This document shows positions 52,273-63,059 of a DNA stretch of 64,000 nucleotides, piece by piece (within the stretch, counting starts at the first letter, position 1; each line of letters begins with the position of its first letter). The stretch spans positions 96,001 through 160,000 of the forward strand of contig CAVWHO010000010.1 in NCBI GenBank assembly GCA_963754875.1, written 5' to 3'. Source of the stretch: Nitrospirota bacterium (lineage in GTDB: Bacteria > Nitrospirota > UBA9217). A model generated the notes under the pieces. That model did not search any database. It was not told the origin of the DNA and saw only the letters and a program-made list of their open reading frames with translations. The translations under genes were made by a program, and so were the position numbers.

Positions 52273-53748
52273 ATGGAAGCACGTCTCGAATTAAAACTTT
52301 CACAAAAGCTGATCATGACGCCTCAGTTACAGCAGGCCATCAAACTGCTGCAACTGTCACGATTGGAACTGGTCCAGTCGATTTCGCAAGAACTCATCGA
52401 AAATCCGGTCTTGGAAGAAGTGTCTACGGAGGCATCCGACGAGGAAACACAGGAGGCTGAAAGTGCTTCTCCTTCTGACCTTCCGGCGACTTCGGAGCAA
52501 ACGGCGGAGAGCGCAGCGGAACCGGAGCAGGCTCAAGAGCTTAAAAGCGATCTCGAGGTAGGCCCTCAATGGGACGAGTACATGAACGAGCTGGGAGACG
52601 GCCGCGATTACGGCAGTTTCGAAGCAGATGATAAAGAGCTCCCTTCCTATGATCAGACGCTCACCCGCCTTCCCACGTTGAGCGATCATTTGTCATGGCA
52701 ACTTCACCTTTCTACGTCGGACCCCACCCTCGTAAAAGGCGGAGAGTGGATCATCGGTAACCTCGACGACGACGGTTATCTGCGCGCTTCACTCGATGAG
52801 ATCGCTCAGCAGTCCGGGATAACTATCGCCGACATGGAACGGGCGCTTGTTCTGATCCAGAATTTCGAACCTTCGGGGATCGGTGCACGCGATCTGCGTG
52901 AATGTCTGCTCATTCAAGTCAAGCAGCTCGATATGGAGGGGACCCTGGTCGATAAGATCATCGACGCATATCTTCCGGACCTGGAGAAACGGAAATATCC
53001 CAATATCGCGAAGGCCCTTGCCGTTACGCCACAGGAGGTGATGGAGGCGGCCGAGATCATCATCCATGAGCTGGAGCCGAAACCGGGACGGCCTTACCTT
53101 GCTTCCGATACGAACTATGTGGTGCCGGACGTGTATGTCGTCAAGGTGGAGGAGCGGTATGTGATCCACCTGAATGAGGAGGGACTTCCCCGAGTGCGCA
53201 TCAACTCCTACTATCGCAAATTGTTGAGTCGGAAAGACAGCATCGATAAAGTTACGAAGGATTACGTCGAAGAGAAGCTTCGCTCCGCCCAGTGGCTCAT
53301 CAAAGGCATGGAACAGCGCAATAAAACGATCTACAAAGTGGCCGAGAGCATTGTCAAGTTCCAACTGGAATTCCTCGATAAAGGCATAACACAGCTGAAA
53401 CCGATGGTTCTCAAAGATGTCGCTGAAGATATCGGTATGCACGAATCGACGATCAGCCGCGTGACGACGAACAAATATATGCATACTCCTCAGGGTATTT
53501 TCCCGATGAAATATTTCTTTACAACGGGTTTTTCCTCAGGCACCGGCGGGACCGAGATTTCCTCGCTGACCGTCAAAGATTCCATCCTGAAGATGATTAA
53601 AGAAGAAGACCCCTCCGTGCCGCTGAAGGACCAGCAGATCGTGGACGCCTTAAAAGAGCGCGGCGTCGATATTGCAAGGAGAACGGTGGCGAAATACCGC
53701 GAGGAGCTGAGAATACCGCCGACCAGCGTCAGAAAACGTATCGGATAA
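52273..53748 (+). CDS. rpoN: RNA polymerase sigma54
   Basis: MTPQLQQAIKLLQL, HESTISR, ARRTVAKYR box. Confidence 0.98.
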   Translation: MEARLELKLSQKLIMTPQLQQAIKLLQLSRLELVQSISQELIENPVLEEVSTEASDEETQEAESASPSDLPATSEQTAESAAEPEQAQELKSDLEVGPQWDEYMNELGDGRDYGSFEADDKELPSYDQTLTRLPTLSDHLSWQLHLSTSDPTLVKGGEWIIGNLDDDGYLRASLDEIAQQSGITIADMERALVLIQNFEPSGIGARDLRECLLIQVKQLDMEGTLVDKIIDAYLPDLEKRKYPNIAKALAVTPQEVMEAAEIIIHELEPKPGRPYLASDTNYVVPDVYVVKVEERYVIHLNEEGLPRVRINSYYRKLLSRKDSIDKVTKDYVEEKLRSAQWLIKGMEQRNKTIYKVAESIVKFQLEFLDKGITQLKPMVLKDVAEDIGMHESTISRVTTNKYMHTPQGIFPMKYFFTTGFSSGTGGTEISSLTVKDSILKMIKEEDPSVPLKDQQIVDALKERGVDIARRTVAKYREELRIPPTSVRKRIG

Positions 53749-53803
53749 TGTCATATACCAAAGCACGGAACAATACTACTCAACATGAGATCAGGAGGTC
53801 AGT

Positions 53804-54343
53804 ATGCAGGTAAGCGTCATAGGCAGGCACATCGATGTGACAGATGCTCTCAAACAGTATGCGACGGAAAAATTCGGCAGATTGGAGAAGTATCTGCCGC
53901 AAAAAGTGCAGGCGGTCATCACCCTTTCGGTCGTAAAAAAAGTGCACCACACTGCGGAGGCGGCGATAAAGTCGAACGGCTTGCTGATCCAGGCGTCTGA
54001 AGAAACCGAGGAGATGTACTCAGCGATCGACTTGCTTGTCGAGAAGATAGAAAGAAGGGTGAGACGCTATAAAGAGAAATTAGTTGATCATAAGCACCAT
54101 GCTTCAGGAAGGACGGAAGAGCCGGCGGCAGTAGCCTCGTCCTCGCGATCAGAAGACCGTATCCCGCAGATCATCAAGACGAAACGATTCGACCTGAAAC
54201 CCATGCAGCCCGAGGAAGCCGTCATGCAAATGGAGCTTTTGGACAAAGAGTTTTTTATTTTTTCAAACGCCGGCAACGGACAAATCAACGTAATTTACAA
54301 GCGAAAAGACGGGAATGTAGGCCTTATTGAACCTGCTCGATAA
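53804..54343 (+). CDS. hpf: Long ribosome hibernation factor
   Basis: GRHIDVTDAL, MYSAID, KPM..EEAVMQM, YKRKDG. Confidence 0.94.
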   Translation: MQVSVIGRHIDVTDALKQYATEKFGRLEKYLPQKVQAVITLSVVKKVHHTAEAAIKSNGLLIQASEETEEMYSAIDLLVEKIERRVRRYKEKLVDHKHHASGRTEEPAAVASSSRSEDRIPQIIKTKRFDLKPMQPEEAVMQMELLDKEFFIFSNAGNGQINVIYKRKDGNVGLIEPAR

Positions 54344-54358
54344 GGACGGACCAGTGCG

Positions 54359-54850
54359 ATGGCTACAATCAAGGACCTGCTGCAGGATGATTTGATTCTT
54401 GAAGAGATGACCGCGACTGACAAACCGGGTGTGATACGTGAGTTTGCCAGTCTTCTGACATCACGGGGCCGCGTGTTGAACGAGGATGAACTTGTCCGTG
54501 CCCTTGTTGATCGCGAGTCACTCGGCAGTACGGGGATAGGCGGGGGTGTCGCCATTCCTCACGGCAAGTTAAAGGGTATCACGGATATGATCGTCGCCTT
54601 CGGCAGATCGAGCAGAGGGGTGGATTTTCAAGCGCTTGATGGTCAGCCGGTTTACCTCTTTTTTCTGCTGTTAACGCCCCATGATATGGCGGGTGAACAC
54701 CTGAAAACGCTTGCCCGGATATCCCGCATACTCAAAAATCAGATTTTGTGCGAAAACTTGCGGCGCGCATCGCTCCGGCAGGAACTTCGGCGCCTGATAG
54801 GTGAAGAAGACAGTAAGTATCCCCAGCCGCAGGCCGTGCCGCTGAAATGA
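54359..54850 (+). CDS. ptsN: PTS EIIA (Ntr type)
   Basis: RESLGSTGIGGGVAIPHGK. Confidence 0.92.
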   Translation: MATIKDLLQDDLILEEMTATDKPGVIREFASLLTSRGRVLNEDELVRALVDRESLGSTGIGGGVAIPHGKLKGITDMIVAFGRSSRGVDFQALDGQPVYLFFLLLTPHDMAGEHLKTLARISRILKNQILCENLRRASLRQELRRLIGEEDSKYPQPQAVPLK

Positions 54851-55734
54851 AAACCAAAGTAAAAGACATGGCCGACGCTGCGAGTGTGCTTTCCGGTCGC
54901 AAAGGTCTCGGACAGGGAAATAACATCGCCGCAGGTGATGTCTCCTGACCTGTCAACACCTCGCTCACCGGAGAGGTGGGGAGTCGACCGTACTTCATAT
55001 CCGGCCAAGCCAGCTTACGTACCTGTGTTCGCTTCCATCCGCAGAACGGCGGACGCTCGTTCGCTCGTTACTGATGCTGAAACCGGCATGTATCGTCGTG
55101 AATGGCGGCCCGGTGTGTAAAGAGCTGCTCGACAAAGCAGACACTTCCGAAATCACGATTCTGAAAACAAGAAATATCTCGAAGCTGACGAAGTTGCTAT
55201 TGGACAGACTGGTCCGGAAGATCAGCGTTCACGGCGTGTTGGTAGAGATCTTCGGTCTCGGCACACTCATCGTCGGGGAAAGCGCTGTAGGAAAAAGCGA
55301 GGCAGCGCTCGACCTGGTTCTCCGGGGGCACAAGCTCAGCTGCCGACGATCTGGTCATCCTCGAAAAGACCGACAGCGGCATAAGCGGCAAGTCGTCCGA
55401 TCTGGGTTCGGATCTGCTGCAGATTCGCGGGCTCGGGATCATTAATGTACGTGCGCTGTACGGTGAATCGGCGACAGTGGACGTGTGCAAGGTCGGCCTC
55501 GTCGTTGAACTGGAAGAGTGGAAGAAGGGACATCAGTATAGTCTTGTCGGGCTTCGCGAGCGACGCTACCGGATATTGGGCGTCAATCTGCCCTACCTGA
55601 AACTTCCGGTGAAACCGGGCCGCAATATGGCCACGCTGATCGAAGTTGCAGCACGAAACCAGATGCTGAAAAACCGGGGGATATACACCGCCAGGGACAT
55701 GAGCAAACGACTGCAGAAAAGGCTGTCAGGATGA
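54847..55734 (+). CDS. hprK: HPr kinase/phosphorylase (multiple frameshifts)
   Basis: VHGVLV, GESAVGKSE, ADD, QIRGLGII, PVKPGRN. Confidence 0.88.
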
Positions 55735-56596
55735 ACGGGAACACGAATTATTGTGGTAACGGGCCTTTCGGGGTCCGGCAGGAGCGCGGCGCTCAAGGCT
55801 TTTGAGGACATCGGGTTCTACTGTGTCGATAATCTTCCGCTTGCGCTTCTTTCTGCGTTCGTCGGGTTTGCCGGGCAGTCGGAGGAGACTGCCCGCTCCG
55901 CCATCGGCATCGACATCAGGGAAAAGGGATTCCCCGAGAAGTTTCCCACGCTGTACGGGACGACTTAAAATCCAGGGCTACGCGATTGAAATGTTGTTTC
56001 TCGATGCGTCGGACCAGACTATTGTGCGGCGTTTCAGCGAGACGCGCAGGCCCCATCCCCTGGCAAAAGGAACGACCTCGCTGCTGGACGGCATCCGAAA
56101 AGAACGTGAAGCGCTGAGTGAGGTCAAAAAGCTTGCGGACCGGATCATCGACACGTCCGACTTCACTGTCCATGATCTGCGCCAGACAGTCGAACGTCAG
56201 TATTCCGCCAGTGACAGCGACCGGCCGATGGTGGTCACGGTCGTTACATTCGGTTATAAATTCGGCGTGCCCTATGATCTCGATTTGCTCTTTGACCTGA
56301 GATTTTTACCGAACCCGCATTTTGTTCCGGAATTGCGGCCGCATACAGGGGAGAATGCGAGTGTCAGGGAATACATCATGGCCAGCCCTGATTCCAAGGA
56401 GTTTCTGAAAAAACTCCTGGAATTTCTCGAATATCTTTTGCCGCGATACCGTCGTGAAGGAAAGAGCTACCTTACCATTGGTTTCGGGTGCACGGGTGGC
56501 AGGCACCGTTCAGTTGCCCTTTCCCTCATTATCGCGGAGCGGCTTAGAGAGAGCGGCTACGATGTCGTCGTCAAACATCGAGATATCGGCATCTGA
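55731..56596 (+). CDS. rapZ: RapZ/YvcJ P-loop protein (frameshifted)
   Basis: TGLSGSG, FYCVDNLP, ETRRPHPL, FGYKFG, GCTGGRHRSV. Confidence 0.93.
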
Positions 56597-56705
56597 GCGG
56601 GTTTGCCGGCTCCTTGGAGTTATCAAAGCCGAACCTGTTAGCGGATCATACAGCAGTTCTACCGGCTTGGGTTTCTCTGTGGACTTACTGAAAGGAGACA
56701 GCAGC

Positions 56706-57107
56706 ATGATCGGACTGGTAGTGGTGTGTCATGAGGATATGGGCGCTGAACTGGTGAAAGCCGCCGAAATGATTGTCGGCAAAATCGCAGCAGTGGCAAC
56801 CGTCAGCGTTAAGCAGGAAAGCGCACCGGAGCTGCTCCGGGACGAGATCCAGGCCGCCATAAAAAAAGTTGATCGGAAAAAAGGCGTTATGCTGTTAACG
56901 GATATGTTTGGAGGAACGCCGTCTAATATCGCGCTCGCCTTCTTAGGAGAGACCATTGAGGTGGTGACCGGCGTTAATCTTTCGATGCTCATTAAATTTG
57001 CGAATCATCGGGATGAAAAAACGTTGCACGACCTTGCAAAACTCGTGCAGGAAGCCGCCCAGAAAAGTATCGTGATTGCAAGCCAGATGCTGAAAGGGAA
57101 AAAGTAG
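56706..57107 (+). CDS. PTS mannose-family EIIA
   Basis: VVCHE, TDMFGGTPSN, VTGVNL. Confidence 0.92.
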   Translation: MIGLVVVCHEDMGAELVKAAEMIVGKIAAVATVSVKQESAPELLRDEIQAAIKKVDRKKGVMLLTDMFGGTPSNIALAFLGETIEVVTGVNLSMLIKFANHRDEKTLHDLAKLVQEAAQKSIVIASQMLKGKK

Positions 57108-57218
57108 ACTAACTGGAGAAAAAAATGTCCTGACGGGAAAGAGGGGGATTGTATCTGCCTTGGCGAATGCTGTTTTCTCCCCGAATAGGACATTGTATTC
57201 TGGAACAGGGACACCGCA

Positions 57219-57719
57219 ATGATTGTGTTGAGCAGAATAGACGACCGATTGATTCACGGCCAGGTGGTTGAAGGGTGGGTGAATTTTCTCAAAGCTACCT
57301 GCATCCTTGTTGCAGACGATGCTGTCGCGTCAAACACCTTGCAGCGTTCTATCATGGAGTTGTCGGTTCCGCAGGGGTTGAAGGTTTTTATCGGCCGTGT
57401 TGAGGAAATCTGTGAACAGCTGCTCGCAAAGACGCTCGATGCGGAGAGGGTCATTCTCCTCTTTTCGAATCCTCGTGACGTGCTGCGGGCGGTAAAGGAC
57501 GGACTTGAATGTCGGGCCATCAACATAGGAGGGATGCATTATGTGCCCGGTAAGCGAAAACTTGTCGATGTTCTTGCGGTGAATGACGAGGATCTCGAAG
57601 CTCTTAAGGAGATTGCTGCCCGGGGGATCAAGATTGCCGTCCAGGCGGTCCCGACACAGCGCCCGCGTCCGCTCGATAAAATATTTTCCATCTGTTCAGT
57701 TACGGAGAAGAATAAATAG
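57219..57719 (+). CDS. PTS mannose-family EIIB
   Basis: RIDDRLIHGQV, INIGGM. Confidence 0.94.
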   Translation: MIVLSRIDDRLIHGQVVEGWVNFLKATCILVADDAVASNTLQRSIMELSVPQGLKVFIGRVEEICEQLLAKTLDAERVILLFSNPRDVLRAVKDGLECRAINIGGMHYVPGKRKLVDVLAVNDEDLEALKEIAARGIKIAVQAVPTQRPRPLDKIFSICSVTEKNK

Positions 57720-57802
57720 TCAGCACAGTACTGAGTACGAAGCGTACCATACTGAGGGCCTAAGGAATGAGGCAGGTTGCAATATCTTTTCAATGATCTG
57801 AA

Positions 57803-58591
57803 ATGAACTCAATGCCGGTTTTTGATTTACATATGATCGCTGCTGTCGTCGGCATCTCAATCGTCGGCGGGCTCCTCGGGCTTGACAGGACGGCGGTAGG
57901 GCAATTTATGGTATCCCAGCCGCTTGTCGTCGGGCCGATCACTGGATGGCTGCTGGGAAACGCGACGACCGGACTCATCATCGGGGCCGTGCTCGAGCTG
58001 ATCTGGGTCCTCGACATGCCCATTGGGAACTTCGTGCCTGCGGACGCGACGATTGTAACCGTTTCGACTTGTGCTATTGCTATCCTCGGGAAACCCGGCG
58101 GATCTACACTGTCGGTGATCGGGTTCAGCCTCCTTTTGACGACCGCGATGGTGCCACTGACAATGCGGGCTGATACCTTTATCCGCAAACGGAATTCCAA
58201 ATTGGTGGAGAATGTACTATCATCAGGCATTGACAACATGACGCAAGCAGTAAAGCGGGCACAGTTCGCCGGGATTACCGCTTTTTTTTTGAAGTCGTTC
58301 GTGCTGTGTTTAATTATCATTCCCGCCGGAATAGTGGCCGTTTTGCTTTTTGCACACCTGCCCGGGACTGTACATCGAGCACTCGCTCTCTTTGTTAAAC
58401 TGCTCCCGCTGCTCGGGGCAGCGCTGATAGCACGCAAACTGTCGATCAAAATGTTTGATCTGTTTTTGCTCATCGGATTTGTGGTTGCTGCAGTTTTCGG
58501 TTTATTATTCCATGTGCCCGCACTCATCGTCCTGGTGCTTACGGTGATTGCGGGCTGGCTGGGTGCCAGGTACAGTGAACGTCGATCGTAA
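57803..58591 (+). CDS. PTS mannose-family EIIC
   Basis: LDR, QPLV.GPI.G, GAVLELIW. Confidence 0.9.
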   Translation: MNSMPVFDLHMIAAVVGISIVGGLLGLDRTAVGQFMVSQPLVVGPITGWLLGNATTGLIIGAVLELIWVLDMPIGNFVPADATIVTVSTCAIAILGKPGGSTLSVIGFSLLLTTAMVPLTMRADTFIRKRNSKLVENVLSSGIDNMTQAVKRAQFAGITAFFLKSFVLCLIIIPAGIVAVLLFAHLPGTVHRALALFVKLLPLLGAALIARKLSIKMFDLFLLIGFVVAAVFGLLFHVPALIVLVLTVIAGWLGARYSERRS

Positions 58592-59355
58592 GAACGTGGG
58601 GATGAATGTTTTTTTTGGCGTATCCTGGAGGGCGCTGCTGCTTCAGGCGTCATGGAGCTTTGATCGCATGCAGACCCTGGGGTTCGCCTATGCCATCGAG
58701 CCCGTGCTCAGAAAGTTCTATCCGGACAGGAAGGAATATCAGGCGCGGTTGAAAGACCACCTGGAGTATTTCAATACGCAGCCTTACTTTGCTACGTTCA
58801 TCCTCGGCGCGGTCATGCGGAAAGAGGAGGACCGTGCAAGAGGCGAGGACGGCGCACGGGAAGTCGTCAGACTTAAAAACTGCGCTCATGGCCCCGTTGG
58901 GAGCATTGGGGGACAGTTTCTTTTGGGGAGCGCTCAAGCCATTTGCCGCCATCATTGCCGTAGCAGTATTGATAATGGGATCATGGTGGGCGCCGATACT
59001 TTATCTCGTGCTTTTTAACATATGGCACGTAAGCCTTCGAATCGGCCTTTTACTGTGGGGCTACAGAAGCGGCGGCGATGCAGTGTCGCTTTTAGCCATC
59101 TACAACTTTACTAAGATGGCCAGGCTGTTCAAGATCATATCACTCACGGTCCTCGGCGGCATTCTCGGCATGATCCCGCTTTGGAGACCGGAATTCAGGA
59201 TCGAATACCCCATCCCCGGAGTCGTCATGGTTATTTCGGGCATAGCTTGCACGTTTGGCCTGGTCGGTATGCTGCGGAGAGGCGGTTCTCCTATAAAACT
59301 CATGTTCGGACTGGCAATCATCTGTTTGGTACTGGCATATGCGGGAGTTATTTAA
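58575..59355 (+). CDS. PTS mannose-family EIID (frameshift in A-run ~58877)
   Basis: QASWSFDRMQ, FNTQP, LMAPLGALGDSFFW. Confidence 0.9.
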
Positions 59356-59624
59356 TGATTAAAAAAGAGCTTATGATCGAAAACAAACTCGGTCTCCATG
59401 CACGGGCAGCTGCCCAAATCGTAAAGACATCGAACTCCTATGCATCGAAAGTTACGATCAGCAAGGATGGGTTGGAAGTCGACGGCAAGAGCATTATGGG
59501 TATCATGATGCTTGCCGCTGCAAAAGGAAGCAGCGTTTTACTGAGCATACAGGGGAATGACGAAAACGCGACGGTAGAAGGCCTTGAGAGGCTCTTTAAG
59601 GACAAGTTCGGGGAAAAAGAATAA
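59355..59624 (+). CDS. ptsH: Phosphocarrier HPr
   Basis: GLHARAA (His15) and KSIM (Ser46). Confidence 0.95.
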   Translation: MIKKELMIENKLGLHARAAAQIVKTSNSYASKVTISKDGLEVDGKSIMGIMMLAAAKGSSVLLSIQGNDENATVEGLERLFKDKFGEKE

Positions 59625-59691
59625 AAAATCGGATTTGGTAGTCAAAGTTCAAGGCCGGGTTGCCCTTGCGGCCGCCTCAGGCAGGAATCGC

Positions 59692-61447
59692 ATGCACGAG
59701 AAAATATATAGAGGGATTGTCGCTTCTCCTGGTATCGTGATCGGCAGGGTCTATCTGCTCGACCGACAGAAGATCGTTGTTGCAGGACGTCGGATCGAAG
59801 ACGTCAGCGTCAAGGACGAGGTGTGCGCGCTTCAAAAAAGCCGTGGAGCTTTCCCGTGGCCAGTTGGAGGATCTCAAGAAGCGCATCAGTAAAGGACTGG
59901 GAAAATCGCATCTCTATATCCTCGAAACCCATATCATGCTGCTGGAAGATAAGATGCTGGTGGAGGGGACGATCAAGCGTATCAAGGAGTCGTTCCTGAA
60001 TGCTGAAGGTGCACTCAAAGAAACGATAAGGGCCATCGGGCTAAAGTTCGATTCCATAAAAGACGAATATCTTCGCGAACGAAAACAAGACGTCGAACAG
60101 GTTGGCGAACGGGTCCTGAGGAACCTCGTCGGCCACAAGCAGGAGAGTCTTGCCGATATCAAGGAAGAGGCCGTCATCGTAGCCCATGATCTGGCTCCTA
60201 CCGACACGCTCATGATGCGGAAAGACAAAATCCTTGGTTTTGTCACCGATGCTGGCAGCAGGACGTCTCACACCGTCATCCTCGCCCGATCTCTCGGCAT
60301 ACCTGCAGCAGTGGGGCTGGAGAACATCACTGCTGCAGTCAAGACGGGCGACGTGGTCATCCTGGACGGTGTCCATGGAGTGGTAATAGTCGACCCGGAC
60401 GAGGAAACGTTCCTTGATTACCTGCAGAAACAACGCAAGTACAAGTATTTTGAGCAGGAGCTGGACAAGCTGAGAACGCTTCCCGCCGAAACTCTTGACG
60501 GACACGTCGTTGAATTGCAGGGAAACATTGAGCTGCCTGAAGAAGCGAATTCCACGGCTGAACACGGCGGCCTCGGTATCGGCCTGTACCGCACGGAATT
60601 CCTTTTCCTGAACCGGCAGGCGTTACCCACGGAAGAGGAACACTATATTGCCTACCGCCATGTCGCAGAACGGGCGGCCCCGCACGAGGTAGTGATCCGG
60701 ACACTCGACGTGGGAGGGGACAAGGTCGGCTTCCCCGGTGAATTCGATCAGGAGGTGAACCCGGCACTCGGATTGCGGGCGATTCGTTTCTGCCTTCAGA
60801 AACGCGATATGTTCAAAACCCAGCTTCGCGGTATCCTGCGCGCTGCGGCGCACGGGAATGTCAAGATTTTGGTTCCCATGATATCGGGCCTCACCGAAAT
60901 CCGTGAAACAAAAAGACTGCTCCAGGAGGTCAAGGCAGAACTACGTTCCGAAGGCAAGGCTTTTCAGGAAGATCTGAAAATTGGCGTGATGATAGAGATC
61001 CCTTCTGCCGCGCTGATAGCAGATCTCCTTGCCAAGGAAGTGGATTTTTTCAGCGTGGGTACCAACGACCTGATACAGTACACATTGGCGATCGACCGAC
61101 AAAATGAACACGTAGCATACATGTATGAGCCTCTCGACCCGGCCGTGCTCCGCCTGCTCCAGCGTGTGTCGGAAGCTGCACATCAAGCCAATATCCCGCT
61201 CGCGATGTGCGGTGAGATGGCCGGCGATCCGTTGTATGCAGCGATCCTGCTCGGCATGGGTTTTCAACACTTGAGTATGAACGTGGCATCCATCCCCTGG
61301 GTGAAGCGGGTCGTCCGCTCCATCAGAATGCAGGATGCAGTAGAACTCGCAAACCTGGTGATGCAACAAACGAATGCAATGCAAGCAAGGAATACGGCGG
61401 AAAGTTTTATCGAAGAACGGTTCCCGGATCTGGCGGCCGAGCTGTAA
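59692..61447 (+). CDS. ptsI: PTS enzyme I (frameshift ~59824)
   Basis: ASPG, TSHT, GLYRTEFL, RTLDVGGDK, SVGTNDLIQY, MCGEMA. Confidence 0.96.
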
Positions 61448-61506
61448 GAAATCAATCCCTCGTTGAATGCACACAGGTTGGAATACTAAGTGTAAGGGAG
61501 TAGAGA

Positions 61507-62632
61507 GTGCAGGATACCGAAGTGCATACTGTTGATGTTATCTCCGCGGGAAAGAATGGCCCAAAAATATCGAAAGCTCACGGAGGCAATATTTATGAGG
61601 CCGCGAGGCACTACGGTTTCGATCCGGGCAAGATTATTGACTTCAGCTCGAACGTGAACCCCTTGGGACCTTCATCGGATGCGATAGGAGCAGCGAAAAG
61701 AGCGCTCTCCCATGTCGAACGCTATCCTGATCCGGAGATGGCCGATCTCAGACGGGGGATTGCCAGATATTTCGGCATAAAACCTGAGCAGGTGATGTGC
61801 GGCAATGGTTCCAATGCGCTTATTCACCTAATCCCTCGTATTTTTCGGCCGAGGAAGGTTTTGATTCCAATCCCGACTTTCTCGGAATACGCCGCGGCAG
61901 CAGAAAATGCCGGCGCCGAGGTCGTGACGTTTCCGCTCAAGGAGCACGACGGTTTTCGCATTGATCCAGTAGAAATGGCTTTTGCGCTCACGGGCGTGGA
62001 TATGGCGTTCCTCTGCAATCCCAACAACCCCACCGGTCAGAGTTATTTCGAAAAGCGAGATGCTTGAAGATTATGAAGTTGCTCAGCAGCGCGGAGTAAA
62101 GTTGGTTGTCGACGAAGCGTTTATGGATTTCATGGAGTCCGAATCGATCATCAAGGAGACCGTGCACACATCGAGTATTATCTGCCTACGGGCCTTTACG
62201 AAGTTTTTCGGCATGCCGGGGTTCCGCGTCGGGTATGCAGTATCCGACGAAACGACCATCGCAGCATTGCGGGGAGGGCAGGAACCTTGGACCGTGTCAA
62301 TTCCGGCGGAACGGGCCGCGATAGCCGCATTGGGCGATTGGTCATACATCAAAAAGACACGCTCGCTTATTGCACGGGAGCGCGACCGCCTGCTTTCCGC
62401 TCTCCGTCTTCTGCCCGGAGTGGAGACCTTTCCCTGCTCGGCGAATTTCATTCTCTTTAAACTGACGTCGATGGATGCCTATACGCTGAGGGAAAAACTC
62501 GGTGCTCAAGGCATGCTCGTACGTGACTGCTCGACCTTTCCAGGCCTTGACGGCCGCTATATCCGGATCGCGGTAAGATCTCGACGCGAGAACAAACGCC
62601 TCATTAAGTCGCTCCGATCGATGTTGCTCTGA
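61507..62632 (+). CDS. cobD: Threonine-phosphate decarboxylase CobD / HisC-like PLP enzyme (frameshifted)
   Basis: HGGN, DFSSNVNPLG, CNPNNPTG, VDEAFMDF, TKFFGMPGFRVGY, VRDCSTFPGL. Confidence 0.8.
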
Positions 62633-62861
62633 GCGCTATCGCCAGCCAAAAAATATTTTGCAAAATAATCATCTCTGTGATACAGTAAACAGAAACCATC
62701 TGAAATTACGGCAGATTTCGTCAATTTTGTATGAGAATCGGCGAATATCTTACTGTCGGATCAGCATGCCGTCGATGTTTGGTATGCGGACATGAACGCG
62801 GAAGTGATTTCCTTTTCGTGGCGGAAGTGCTTCGCGAGTGATGAAACGCGGAGGATTGGTC

Positions 62862-63059
62862 ATGGAACCGATCATGTGCCCCTATTGCGGGGGAACTAAC
62901 CTGTTTCAGGAAGACGATTACAGCATTGAACTCGATTTTGAATACTGGACCATTCACCACTGGGAGTGTCTGGACTGTGCACAGTCATTCGACAAGATTG
63001 AAATTCTTCCCGCATCCAACTCTTTTGAGGCAATAAATAATGAGAGCACCATCCACTGA
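62862..63059 (+). CDS. Small acidic zinc-ribbon protein
   Basis: RBS ggagg, CPYCGG...WECLDC, 65 aa. Confidence 0.7.
   Translation: MEPIMCPYCGGTNLFQEDDYSIELDFEYWTIHHWECLDCAQSFDKIEILPASNSFEAINNESTIH

Noticed and set aside
62731..62841. 36-aa ORF containing CRRCLVC
   Set aside because: No RBS and too short to support without homology
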